Source of the DNA: an uncultured delta proteobacterium | GTDB lineage: Bacteria; Myxococcota_A; Polyangia; Haliangiales; Haliangiaceae | Direction: 5' to 3' | DNA length: 64,000 bases | Assembly: GCA_963848295.1 (NCBI GenBank) | Contig: CAWKDB010000010.1 | Location: forward strand, 4,640,001-4,704,000 | Part shown: positions 30,034-43,602 of the stretch, one piece after another | Layout of the letters: every line of letters begins with the position of its first letter | How positions within the stretch are numbered: position 1 is the stretch's first letter | Program-made: the position numbers and the translations under genes | The notes under the pieces: model-generated | What the model was told of the DNA's origin: nothing | Database searches by the model: none | Seen by the model: only the letters and a program-made list of their open reading frames with translations

Positions 30034-31929
30034 CTAAGCCGCGTCGTGCGCCGGGACGAGCTGGCGGAGATGCCACGCTTGAAGCTCGAACCGACGGCTC
30101 GCCTCGCGTTGCCGCTGCGCCATCATCCGCGACAGCACTGCCACCACAGCGAGGAGCGCGATGAGCAACACCGCGAACGCGACCTGCACCGGCGCGGAGT
30201 GGAAACTGACGATCGGCGAGTCGAGCACGAGCGTGCCGTCGACGAATTTGTAGGTCGGAGCCACCGCGCCGACCAGCTCGAGGCCCCAAGGCACGACCAC
30301 CGAAGAGGCGAGGATCATCGCGATGATCCCGATCCGACCGAACCGCGGATGCGCGGCGTACCCCATCAACGTCGTGGCGACGAGCGTCGGGGCGATGATG
30401 AACGGCCCGACCATCCGGCAGATCAGTCCGATCAGCAGCGCGTTGATACAGGCGTTGAAGTAGATGCCGCCCGACGTGATCCGGTCGCGGCGGGTCAGCC
30501 GATAGACCTGGAACGCACTCGCGAGCGCGAGCGCCGCAAACGCGACGACGAACGTCGTATCGCGAACTCCAGTCCACAACAACAGCGGAACGAACGCGAG
30601 GTAACCGAACAGCGACAGCGCGGCAAACCGTCCCTGCGATCGCGCCATCTCGGTGTCGACCTTCTCGAGCACGGCCTCGACTTCGGCGGGCATTTCGTTT
30701 GGCGGGCGCAGCACGAGCGTGGTGACGAGCTCGGCCGCCTCGGTCGCGGTCGGATCGAGCGCGAGCGCACGGCCGGCAGCTCGCATCGCGGTGCGGCGGT
30801 TCGCTTCGTCGTTGCCGCGGGCGATCGCGTCGCGGGCCTCGGCGATCTGGGCGATGGCGAGCTCGCGGCGCATCGCGACGTCGCGGTCTCCGTCGAGGAA
30901 TGCTTGGACCGCTTCGCCGAGCTTGCGCGCCGAGGGTCGCGCGGCGGGGTCGAGCTGGGTTGCGGCCACGCAGATCGCATCGAGCTCCGGCGGGGCGTCT
31001 GGGTTCGAGGCCGACGGCCGCGAGTCGACGGTCGGCATCGCGATGCTCGACAACGGCCGGTGGTCGCGGTGCAACGGCTGCCCGGCGACGATCTCGTAGA
31101 GAATGCAGCCAAGCGCGTAGATATCGGCCGGCGGGCCGGCGCGCTCGCCGGCGAGCTGCTCGGGCGCCATGTAGCCGAGAGTGCCGAGTACGGTGCCGGC
31201 TTGGGTGTCGCCGGTGTCGAGCTTGAGGTCGCCCTGACTCGGGCGCGCGATCGTGCCGGAGTCGTCGGCCTCGGTCACCGCGCGCGCGATGCCCCAATCG
31301 AGCACGTAGACCTCGCCGAAGTCGCCGAGCATGACGTTCGACGGCTTGAGATCGCGATGGACGATGCCCTTCGAGTGGGCGAGCTCGATCGCGAGGCAGA
31401 CGTCGGCGAACGCGCGCAGCAAGCGACGGCGCACGCCGGCATCGTCGGCGCCGCCGCGCAGGAGTGCGCTCATCACCGTTCCCTGCAAACGCTTCATCAC
31501 GAAGAATGGTTTGCCGTCGCGATCGACCGCGAGATCGTGGACTGGGACGACCGCCGGGTGCTCGAGTCGCCCTTGAACGCGAGCTTCGCGCACGAACCGT
31601 GCGAGCTCTTCGGCGCTCGGTGCGTCGGCGCGGATTCGCTTGATCGCGACCTCGCGACCGATCTGTTCGTCGAACGCGACGACGACCTCACCCATGCCGC
31701 CGCGGCCGAGCAGCTCGCCGAGCCGATAGCGCGATCCATCGGCCGCTGTGGAGAGCGGGTGCTCGCGCGAGCGAGCGCCGGTCAGCGGCGTGGTGCCGAC
31801 TCCGCTGTCGACCACCGCGGTGGCCGCGACCGCGGGATCGGTGCGCGCGCGATTGGGTGCGTGGCCGTCGAGCGTCGTCGCCGGCGGTTGTTGGAGCGTC
31901 TCGTCGGTGCTGCCGTCGTCGTCGACCAT
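30034..31929 (-). CDS. Ser/Thr protein kinase with C-terminal multi-TM sensor region
   Basis: LGRGGMG, VAIKRI, HRDLKPSN, DWG, GTLGYMAPE, 5-6 TM helices at the C-terminus. Confidence 0.9.
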   Translation of the reverse strand: MVDDDGSTDETLQQPPATTLDGHAPNRARTDPAVAATAVVDSGVGTTPLTGARSREHPLSTAADGSRYRLGELLGRGGMGEVVVAFDEQIGREVAIKRIRADAPSAEELARFVREARVQGRLEHPAVVPVHDLAVDRDGKPFFVMKRLQGTVMSALLRGGADDAGVRRRLLRAFADVCLAIELAHSKGIVHRDLKPSNVMLGDFGEVYVLDWGIARAVTEADDSGTIARPSQGDLKLDTGDTQAGTVLGTLGYMAPEQLAGERAGPPADIYALGCILYEIVAGQPLHRDHRPLSSIAMPTVDSRPSASNPDAPPELDAICVAATQLDPAARPSARKLGEAVQAFLDGDRDVAMRRELAIAQIAEARDAIARGNDEANRRTAMRAAGRALALDPTATEAAELVTTLVLRPPNEMPAEVEAVLEKVDTEMARSQGRFAALSLFGYLAFVPLLLWTGVRDTTFVVAFAALALASAFQVYRLTRRDRITSGGIYFNACINALLIGLICRMVGPFIIAPTLVATTLMGYAAHPRFGRIGIIAMILASSVVVPWGLELVGAVAPTYKFVDGTLVLDSPIVSFHSAPVQVAFAVLLIALLAVVAVLSRMMAQRQREASRRFELQAWHLRQLVPAHDAA

Positions 31930-32010
31930 CGCCGCAATAGTACGCTCCAGCCGCGGCTGTTCGCGCCGGCCGGCCGTGTTGCATGGGGGCTACCGAGCGC
32001 CGAGTAGCCG

Positions 32011-32559
32011 CTAGTCGCCTTGCACGACCGAGATAACCTCGGCGAGGTCGGCGTCTGGCAAGCGCGAGTTCATGCGCAAGCCCTCGATCAGATCGGCGAT
32101 GCCTTCGTCGTTCTTGTACGAGTGAGCGCACGCGGGGTGCAAATAGCCGGCGCCGGCTTGGACGGTCGCACCTACCGTGATCTCGCGCTCGACCGCGACG
32201 CGCAAGCTGCCCTTCTCGATCGGCTGCTCGCACTGCATGCACTTCGCACGGCCGGTCGGCGCGCGATCGGCGAACGGCGTGCCACTCGGCTTCGCGTGAC
32301 CACCGGCGATCGCCTTCGCCATCGCGGCGTCGAGCTCGGCGCGATTGCCGACCGAACCGCCGTAGCCATCGAGCGCGGCCTTGAGCTCGGCCGGTAGCTT
32401 CTCGGCCGCGCACATCACGTGGTGCCACTGTAGACTCGGGCCGTCGCCGAACGCGTTCGCCGCTTCGATGCCGAGCCGGAGCTCGCCCTTCGCGATCGGC
32501 TTCTTGCAAGTGCGGCAGCTCGCGCGTCCTGACTTCGCTTCTTCGATCACGTTCGCCAT
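32011..32559 (-). CDS. Stand-alone tandem PARP-type zinc-finger protein
   Basis: EEAKSGRASCRTCKKPIAKGELRLG..WHHVMC and DRAPTGRAKCMQCEQPIEKGSLRV..YLHPAC, both Cx2C..Hx2C with the AKS/TGRAxC signature of zf-PARP. Confidence 0.85.
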   Translation of the reverse strand: MANVIEEAKSGRASCRTCKKPIAKGELRLGIEAANAFGDGPSLQWHHVMCAAEKLPAELKAALDGYGGSVGNRAELDAAMAKAIAGGHAKPSGTPFADRAPTGRAKCMQCEQPIEKGSLRVAVEREITVGATVQAGAGYLHPACAHSYKNDEGIADLIEGLRMNSRLPDADLAEVISVVQGD

Positions 32560-32612
32560 CGGGCCGACCATACCGCGGGGCGCGGGAGGCGGCGCAAGGC
32601 ACCCGCCGAACG

Positions 32613-33090
32613 CTACCTCCGCGGACCGCGCCGATGGGAGGTGCGCTTGACCCGCCCTTGCTTCGACGCGGACGGCGGTGGAAGCGCTTCGAGATTCGTA
32701 GCGTCCACGAGGTCCTTGTCGCGACCGGCAGCGCGTTTGTTCTTGATCAGCGCGCTGCGACCGATCACGAAGAGAGGTGTCGCTTGGAACTCGGCGGCAA
32801 CTCGACTCGCCCACGCCTCACGGAACGAGACGCCGTCGATCCCGGTGAGGATGTCGATGCGTCGCGTTTCGCGAGCGTGGCGGGCGAAGGAGCCGATGCA
32901 CCGAATCCGAAGTCGATCAGCGCATCACGGAGTCGTCGCGCGTTTGGCAACGACGGTTCGACGAAGACGTCGAGGTCTTCGGTGAGCCGGGGTTCGCCGT
33001 GCGCCGCGCCCCGATCATCACGAACTTCACTCGTCGGGCGATCAGCGCACACAAGAACTCGCTCCAGTCGCGATTGAGGTCGATCTTCAC
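32613..33090 (-). pseudogene. Nucleotidyltransferase (DUF6036-like, TA-associated) pseudogene
   Basis: [15 protein letters not shown] / AHGEPRLTEDLDVFV / RIDILTGIDGVSFREAW..LIKNKRAAGRDKDLVD in different frames, with residues missing at two junctions. Confidence 0.7.
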
Positions 33091-33220
33091 CGAACCAGGC
33101 CCTCCGGAGCCGCTCTACGCCCGAGATTCGCTCTTCCATCGAGAGTGCGGCGATGTCATCGCGGTCGAAATTCGCCGCCTCGGCAAATGTGTTTGCTATG
33201 CGAATGACCCGCGCGACCAC
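33020..33220 (-). CDS. Small partner (antitoxin-like) protein upstream of the nucleotidyltransferase; 3' end uncertain
   Basis: [50 protein letters not shown] overlaps the NTase start in a two-gene TA-like layout. Confidence 0.5.
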
Positions 33221-33346
33221 GAGCGAAGTATCGCGCAGTTCGATCGATCGGCCAAGCGGCCGCGGTCGAGCCTGCCATAAGGACGCGTGTAACGTGGATC
33301 GGACAACGCCACCAGCGCTGCGCGTTTCGCGTTAAGTTCCCGCTCG

Positions 33347-36911
<3,565 letters not shown>

Positions 36912-36916
36912 GTGCC

Positions 36917-39466
36917 ATGCCGACCGTTTGCGCTTCGCGCTGCGGTCTCGTGGTCGCCGCTCTCGTCTCGTGCTCGGCGCCGACCGTGCCGCCGCATCCG
37001 TCGCCCGCGGCTCCCGCGACCGTCGCGCGCGGCGCATCGGGGCTCGGTCGCCGGTCGCTTGCCCGATGGCGTCGTGCCGCTCGCGTACGACCTGCGGCTC
37101 GACGTCGATCCGGATCAGCCGACGTTCCGCGGCCACGTCGCGATTCGCATCCGCCTCGCGGCGCCGAGCGATCGGATCTGGCTCCACGCTGTCGACCTCG
37201 ACATCGAGCACGCCGCTGCGACCGGCGTCGGCGAGCTGCACGACGTGCCTCGGCCACAGGCGAAGTGCGCGCGCTCGTCGCCGATCGGCCGCTGCCGGCA
37301 GGCGAGGTCACGATGGAGCTCGACTACGTCGGCCGGGTCGGCGACGAGTGGAAGGGCCTGTTCCGCCAGAGCTTCGCGGATCGCTGGTTCTTGATCTCAC
37401 AGGCCGAATCGATCTTCGCGCGCCGGATCGTGCCGTGCTTCGACGAGCCGCGGTGGAAGACGCCGTGGACCGTAACGATCGTGCGCGCCGGCGGGGTTGG
37501 TCGCGTTGTCGAACGCGCCGCAGACGACCGACACCGAGCTCGCCGACGGCCGTCACGAGGTTCACTTCATGCCGACGCGGCCGCTGCCGCCGTACCTCGT
37601 CGCGATCGCGGTCGGGCCATTCGAGCTCGTCGATGGTGGCACGATCGGACGCGCGCACCTCCCGTTGCGATTCGCGGTGCTGCCCGGCGATCGCGACTCG
37701 CGTGCTCGCGACGGTCGGCCATATGGCGGAGCTGGTCTCCGCGCTCGAAGACTATCTCGACGATCCGCTGCCGAACGCGAAGCTCGACCTCGTCGACGTG
37801 CCGCACTTGTTCGGCGCGATGGAGCACCCCGGTCTGATCACGTTCGAGCGCACGATCCTCGCGAGCAACGGATCGCCCGAAGACATCGACGAGTTCGACC
37901 GGACCGTCGGCCACGAGCTCGCGCACCAATGGTTCGGCAACTCGGTCACGCCGGCGTGGTGGGACGACTTGTGGCTCGCCGAAGCGTTCGCGTCGTTTCT
38001 CGGCGATCGCGTCGCCGCGACGTATGGCACCGACCGGCCGTTTCAACGCGCCCAGCTGCGCGAGCACGCGCTCGCGGTCGACTCCGGTCCGGATGCGCGG
38101 CCGCTGCGCCGCGGCGTCACCGACGATCCGGAAGGCGCGTTCGACGCGATCTCCTACGACAAGGGCGAGATCGTGCTCGCGACGTTCGAGCACTGGCTCG
38201 GCGCCGACCGGTTTCGGTCCGCGCTGCGCAGCTACGTCCGCGCCCATCGCGAAGGCACCGCGACGGTCGATGATGTCGTCGCGGCCGTCACCGCCGTGTC
38301 GAGCCCGGCGCTCGGCGCGGCGTTGAAGTTCTATGTCGAGCATGTCGGGCCACCGGTCGTCGCACTGACGCTGCGCTGCGACACGACGCCCCCGGTGATC
38401 GAGGCCGAGGCCGCGAGCGGTGGCGCGATCCCGTTGTGCGTACGGACGCCGGCGGGTCGGGTCATGCGCGCTCGTCGCCAAGCGCACCGAGATTCCGCTC
38501 GCCACGTGCCCGGCGTGGGTCGTCGGCGACGACGGCGCTGGGTATTACCTCGTCGGCTGGCACGGCGGCGAAGCCGCGATACCACCGCTCGTGCAACTCG
38601 CGCCCGGCGAGCGCGTCGCGTTCGGCGATGACGTCGCGGCTGCGGTCACGCGCGGCGATACCACGCTCGCGGTCGCGCTCGGCCGGCTCGATCAGCTCGC
38701 ACGACCGCACGATCGGTTCGCGCAGCTCGGCGCGCTCGCGATCGCGCGCGCGATCGACCGGTACGTCGCAGAGGCGGCGCGACCGGCATGGACGCAATGG
38801 CTCTACGATCATGTCGTCGCTCGCGATCTCGAGCTCGTGCGGCTGCCGCAGCGCCCTGAGGACTTCGCCGTGCGCGCGGCGATCGCCGATCTCGTCACCG
38901 CCGATCAGCTCCCGCCGGCAGTCACGCGCGCGATGCGCGACGCGGTCGACCACGGCGAGCTCGAGCCGGCGACCGTCGCGTTTGCAGCAGCGACCGGAGG
39001 TGCTGCGATCTTCAGCCAGATCGTCGGTGTCGCGACCGCGACGCCGGACGTCGACGACCGCGCCCAGCTGTTCGGCCTGCTCGGAGAGCTCGGGCCGGAG
39101 CAGATCTCACCCACGATCGACCTGTTGATCGCCGGCACGGTGCCGAGCAAAGCGGTGTGGTCTGCGATCGCGCGGTTTCTCGAGCGCGGCGCGACCCGCC
39201 AAGCGGCCTGGCAAGCGATCGCGAAGCGCTTGCCCGAGATCATCGATCGGCTGACCGGCGCGCAGCTCGCGACCGCCGTGAGCGCGACCGCCGAGCTGTG
39301 CGATCGCGGTGCGCTCGCCGAGGTTCGCGCGGGATTCGAGCCGCACGTCGCGGAGATTCCCGATGGCCGACGCGTGCTCGACCGAACGTTCGCCGAGATC
39401 GAGCGATGTGCCGCGCGCCGCGCCGCGCTCGGCGACGTCGCCGCCGCGCTCAAGCTGGTAAAGTGA
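36917..39466 (+). CDS. M1 family aminopeptidase lipoprotein with ERAP1-like C-terminal domain, frameshifted
   Basis: LVSC lipobox, ARRIVPCFDEP, GAMEH, HELAHQWFGN, WLAEAFA, ISYDKG. Confidence 0.85.
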
Positions 39467-39470
39467 CGCC

Positions 39471-41132
39471 GTGAATCGCGCGCTCGTCGCCGTCGCGCTC
39501 GTCTCGTGCGGCGGCAAGTCCACCGCGATCGAGACGATCGCCGCGAAGCGCGCACCGATCGTGATCACGGTCGGCGCGCCTGGGTTCGACGCCGCCGAGG
39601 TCGAGTCGGGAGTCGCGTCCGTCATCGAGTCGGCGGTCGCCGACGTCCCTGGCATCGAGCACATCCGCAGCGAGAGCCGCGACGGCCGAGCGCGGATCGC
39701 GATCGAGCTCGCCGCGAGCGCCGATCCGGCCGCCGCGAGCGCAGCGGTGGAGGACCGGATCGCGGGTGTGCAGCGCACGTTGCCGCCGGCGATCGACGCC
39801 CCGGTGATGTGCATCGGCTGGCGCGCCGATGCGGCGGTCGTGCGCTACACGCTCGCCGGTCCGTTCGCGATGGCGGCATTGCGCGAGGCCGCCGCGGCGA
39901 CGATCGCCGAACCGGTCGCGGCGGTGAGCGGCGTCGCCGGACTCGACATCTGTGGCGGCTCGGACCCCGCGCTCATGATCTACGCAGACCCCGCGAAGCT
40001 CGCCAACTCCGGTGTGACCGTGACCGAGCTCGCGACCGCGCTGAGGGCGTCGCACGCGATGTCGATCCTCGATCTGTCCGGGCTCAGAGACATCGTGGTC
40101 GCGAAGCGCGGCGGCGCGGTCGTCCGCCTATCAGATGTCGCGCTGGTTTCGGATCAAGGCCCTCCGCCGCGGTGCCATACGCTCGACGAGCACAGCGATG
40201 CCGCGATCGAAGGCGTCGTCTACGCACAGGGCGGCATCGATCCGCGGACCGTTCGCGCGGCTGCCCTTGCCGCGATCGAGAAGGTCGGCGCCACGCTGCC
40301 ATCGGGGATGGTGCTCGAAGTGATGCCCGAGGACAAACCGGCCGCGCTCCTCGGGCTGACCGCGCCCGACGTTGCGCCCGCCGCGCGCCTCGACCAGCTG
40401 CGCAGGGTCCGCGATGCGTTGCTCGCGGCGGGCGCTCAGCACGTCGTGCTTGCCGAAGGCGTGCGCGATCCGCGGACCGGCCTCGCCGAGAACGCGGTCG
40501 AGATCCGCGTTTGGCCGGCGAGCGTCGAGCAAGCCGCGCTCGCGCGACTCGCGGACGTGCCGGGGCTCGTCGTCGCTCGCGCCGATGCGAAGATCATCGC
40601 GATCCGCGGACCCGAGCTCACCAAGCTCCATGACATGGCCGGCGCGCTCGCCGGGCGGCTCGAGGCCGCGGGTGTCGCGACGCTCGGTCGAGTCGGCGAT
40701 GGCGGGGTGGCTCGCCTCGAGCTCCACATCGATCGCGCGGCCGCCGCCGATCTCGGCGTACCCGTGCAAGCGATCAGCGACACGTTCGGGGCCGCGATCG
40801 ATGGCATCGACCTCGGCCAGATTCTGATCGCCGGCAACCGCCGGCCGATCATGCTCATCGTGGGTGCGCCCACCGACGATGGAGGAGATCCGGTCCAACG
40901 ATTGCGCAGTCTCATGGTACGCGGCATGGACGTACCCGACGCGATGCGAGGCGCTGCGGTGCCGCTGAACCAGCTCGCGGGCGTGTCGCGCGCATTGGCG
41001 CCCGCGACGATCTATCACGTCGATCGTCAGCGCTGGGTCGGCGTGCGCATGGCCGGTGACGGCGGCGACGCGGCCCGCAAGGTGATCGCGGCGTTCGCAG
41101 CGCCGCCGGGCTATCGCGTCGAGATCGAGTGA
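39471..41132 (+). CDS. Lipoprotein consisting of RND (AcrB/CzcA-like) periplasmic domains without TM helices
   Basis: MNRALVAVALVSC lipobox, APGFDAAEVESGVASVIE, LPPAIDAP, DPAKLANSGVTVTELATAL, VRLSDVA, LPSG, IDRAAAADLGV, VPLNQLA, IYHVDRQR, PPGYRVE. No hydrophobic TM segments. Confidence 0.8.
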   Translation: MNRALVAVALVSCGGKSTAIETIAAKRAPIVITVGAPGFDAAEVESGVASVIESAVADVPGIEHIRSESRDGRARIAIELAASADPAAASAAVEDRIAGVQRTLPPAIDAPVMCIGWRADAAVVRYTLAGPFAMAALREAAAATIAEPVAAVSGVAGLDICGGSDPALMIYADPAKLANSGVTVTELATALRASHAMSILDLSGLRDIVVAKRGGAVVRLSDVALVSDQGPPPRCHTLDEHSDAAIEGVVYAQGGIDPRTVRAAALAAIEKVGATLPSGMVLEVMPEDKPAALLGLTAPDVAPAARLDQLRRVRDALLAAGAQHVVLAEGVRDPRTGLAENAVEIRVWPASVEQAALARLADVPGLVVARADAKIIAIRGPELTKLHDMAGALAGRLEAAGVATLGRVGDGGVARLELHIDRAAAADLGVPVQAISDTFGAAIDGIDLGQILIAGNRRPIMLIVGAPTDDGGDPVQRLRSLMVRGMDVPDAMRGAAVPLNQLAGVSRALAPATIYHVDRQRWVGVRMAGDGGDAARKVIAAFAAPPGYRVEIE

Positions 41133-41133
41133 G

Positions 41134-41598
41134 TCACTTCGCGAGCGCGGCCGGGTCGGTCACGCCGACATCGGGAAAGCCGGCCTTGACCGCGGTGTCC
41201 ATTGCCGCGATCAGCGATTGATACGCGATCGGATGCGCGTCGCTGCTCACCGCCGCGATCATCACCGGCACCGGATCGCCAGACTTGAGATCTTTGAGCG
41301 TCGTCTCGAGCTGGGCCCAGCCGTAGTCCTCGCCGCGAGGGATCCGCGTGATCGTGCGCTCGGGGTAGGACGTCACCTGGACATCGTCGGCTTCGATCAA
41401 CACGCCGACCCACGGCGGCTCGGTCTTGATCGCCGCTTCGCCACCCTTCTGTGGCTCGTTGCGCAGGTGCGCGACGTTGACCCATGCCGCGGTGACGAGC
41501 AAGAACGCGGTCAAGCAGCTCATCACGTCGATGAACGGCACGATGTTGAGATCGATGTTGACGGAGCCCTTCGAGCCCGAGCCTAGAGATGACGCCAT
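41134..41598 (-). CDS. ExbD/TolR family protein, orphan AglQ-like paralog
   Basis: LNIVPFIDVMSCLTAFLLVTA TM with conserved Asp, YQSLIAAMDTAVKAGFPDVG; very similar to 45149..45652. Confidence 0.85.
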   Translation of the reverse strand: MASSLGSGSKGSVNIDLNIVPFIDVMSCLTAFLLVTAAWVNVAHLRNEPQKGGEAAIKTEPPWVGVLIEADDVQVTSYPERTITRIPRGEDYGWAQLETTLKDLKSGDPVPVMIAAVSSDAHPIAYQSLIAAMDTAVKAGFPDVGVTDPAALAK

Positions 41599-41605
41599 GC
41601 GCGGG

Positions 41606-41632
41606 AAGACACGCACGACCTTCGTCGGTTGC
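41606..41632 (-). promoter_or_regulatory. Putative ECF sigma promoter (GCAACC-N16-GTCTT) directly before the orphan ExbD start
   Basis: AAC..GTC pattern with 16-nt spacer, 7 nt before the ATG. Confidence 0.35.
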
Positions 41633-41636
41633 GCCG

Positions 41637-42314
41637 CTACCCGAACCGCGCCGCGTGCCAAGCCGGGAGCTCGCGCAGCGAAGCGAGCACGCCATCGGCG
41701 TGACCGAGCCGGTCGGCGGGATCGCTGCCGGTCGCGACCGCGCACACCACCGCACCGCAGGCGCGAGCGGCAGCGATGTCGTGCGTCGTATCGCCGACCA
41801 CGACGACCTCGTTCGCCCGCACGCCCGCGCGTTCGATCGCTCGGGCGACCAGCTCTCCGCGCACCCGCGAATCGCAGCCATAACCGCCTACCTCGAACCG
41901 ATCATCGAGCCCGGCCGCCGCGAGCTTGGCCTCGGCGCCGGCGCGCACGTTGCCGGTCGCGATCCCGAGTCGGGTCCGCGGCTCGAGATAATCGAGTGCT
42001 TCGACCGCGCCGTCGAGCACGCGCACCCCACCGGCGGCGAGCCGTGCGCGCAGGTGCGGTAGATACGCGTCGAGGAACGCGGCGCGTTCGGGCTCGGACG
42101 CCGGCCGGCCGAGCCGCGCCACGAACATCTCGTCGATCAACGCGGGATCGGTCTTGCCCCCGTAGCGCATGCCGCGACTCGCGTCGGCGACGCCGTGTTG
42201 CGCGTGCATCACCGCATCGAACGCCGCGCGCCCGCTGCCGCGAGCATCGAGCAGCGTGCCGTCGATGTCGAACAGGTAGAGCGCGCCGCGAGGCCGATCG
42301 GGGCTACTTCGCAC
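41637..42314 (-). CDS. HAD family hydrolase/phosphatase
   Basis: LFDIDGTL, GKTD, IATGN, VVGDTTHD, VATG. Confidence 0.9.
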   Translation of the reverse strand: MRSSPDRPRGALYLFDIDGTLLDARGSGRAAFDAVMHAQHGVADASRGMRYGGKTDPALIDEMFVARLGRPASEPERAAFLDAYLPHLRARLAAGGVRVLDGAVEALDYLEPRTRLGIATGNVRAGAEAKLAAAGLDDRFEVGGYGCDSRVRGELVARAIERAGVRANEVVVVGDTTHDIAAARACGAVVCAVATGSDPADRLGHADGVLASLRELPAWHAARFG

Positions 42315-43548
42315 TGCACTTGGGATCGCGCGAGCAGCGCGCCGCCGCGTCGATCAACCCGTCGAACGTGTCGCGCATCGCCCACGCCTTGTCCTTGAAC
42401 GAAGTGATCGAGCTCGCGCGCAGGAGGCCGTTGCCGAACGCATCGCGCACGCCTTTGCACGCGCCGGCTTGCTCGAGCTTCAAGGCGGTACCTTCGTAGA
42501 CGCGGAAGCACTTCTCGAACCCCTTGGGATCTTTGCCGGTGATCTGATCGTTGTAGACCGGAGCGCCGAGCTCGATCGCGTCGTTGATCTGATGGATCGT
42601 CTCGACGATATCCTGCGCGCGGCAGCCATCCCATACGGCGAGCTCGTGGTGCGGCACCTCGCGCTGCGGCGCCGTCGTGTCATCGCTGCCGCCTTCTTCA
42701 TCCTCGGTCCGGGGCTTCGTCGCCTTCGCGAACTCCTCGACGCTGACCGGCGCCGGGAGGTGCGCGACGAGCCCGCGGAGATACTTCGACGGCACGGCGA
42801 TGTTGATGTTCTGACCTCGCGGTTGGATACCCATCGTCACGCCGACGACCTCGCCGGCCTGGTTGAACAGCGCGCCGCCACTCGAGCCCTGCGAGATCGG
42901 GACGGAGATCTGGAGCACGTGGAACTCGGCGCCGCAGCCGAGCACGCGGCCGATCTCGGACTCCTCTTCGCTCAGCGTGCCCTGCTGTTGCTTGCGCTCG
43001 AGGTCGCGGATCAGCTCGTCGGGAGAATGGTCCGGCCCCATCTTCGCGAGCAGCTGCGTGCGCATCTCGACATCGTGATCGCTGCACCACGGACGGATGC
43101 CGCTGATCAGGCCGTCGGACACCGAGTTCTCGTATTCACCGCCGAGCGGGTTGCCGATCGCATAGACCCGCTCTCCCGGGCTCAGCCGATCCGAGTCGCC
43201 GATCGTGAGCGCGGCCGGCAACGGCTTCTTGTTCGAGATCCGGAGCAGCGCGAGATCCCGTCCCGGATCGATGTTCGCGATCTGCGTCACCGGATAGACG
43301 ACGCCGTCTTGAAACCGGACTTGGATCTCGGACGTCCCGGCGATCACGTGCAGGTTCGTCGCGATCAACCCGGCCTTGTCGACGACAAAGCCACTGCCGA
43401 TCCGCTGGTCCCCCGCCTCGATCAGGACGACGGCAGGGCTCGAGTGCCGAAACACGTCCTGTGCCGACAGCTTCGCAGCGGGGCGATTCGCGCTGGGCCC
43501 GCCGCAGTTGAACGCGAGAGCTGCAGCGACAACAGCGTAACGCGTCAT
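42304..43548 (-). CDS. Trypsin-like (S1) serine protease lipoprotein
   Basis: AFNC lipobox, GSGFVV, TNLHVI (His), DLALL (Asp), SQGSSGG (Ser), helical C-terminal domain. Confidence 0.88.
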   Translation of the reverse strand: MTRYAVVAAALAFNCGGPSANRPAAKLSAQDVFRHSSPAVVLIEAGDQRIGSGFVVDKAGLIATNLHVIAGTSEIQVRFQDGVVYPVTQIANIDPGRDLALLRISNKKPLPAALTIGDSDRLSPGERVYAIGNPLGGEYENSVSDGLISGIRPWCSDHDVEMRTQLLAKMGPDHSPDELIRDLERKQQQGTLSEEESEIGRVLGCGAEFHVLQISVPISQGSSGGALFNQAGEVVGVTMGIQPRGQNINIAVPSKYLRGLVAHLPAPVSVEEFAKATKPRTEDEEGGSDDTTAPQREVPHHELAVWDGCRAQDIVETIHQINDAIELGAPVYNDQITGKDPKGFEKCFRVYEGTALKLEQAGACKGVRDAFGNGLLRASSITSFKDKAWAMRDTFDGLIDAAARCSRDPKCSAK

Positions 43549-43602
43549 CGCTAGATCATACCTCGGACACCGCTCGACGACCACGGCACCGTTTGGGGCG
43601 AA

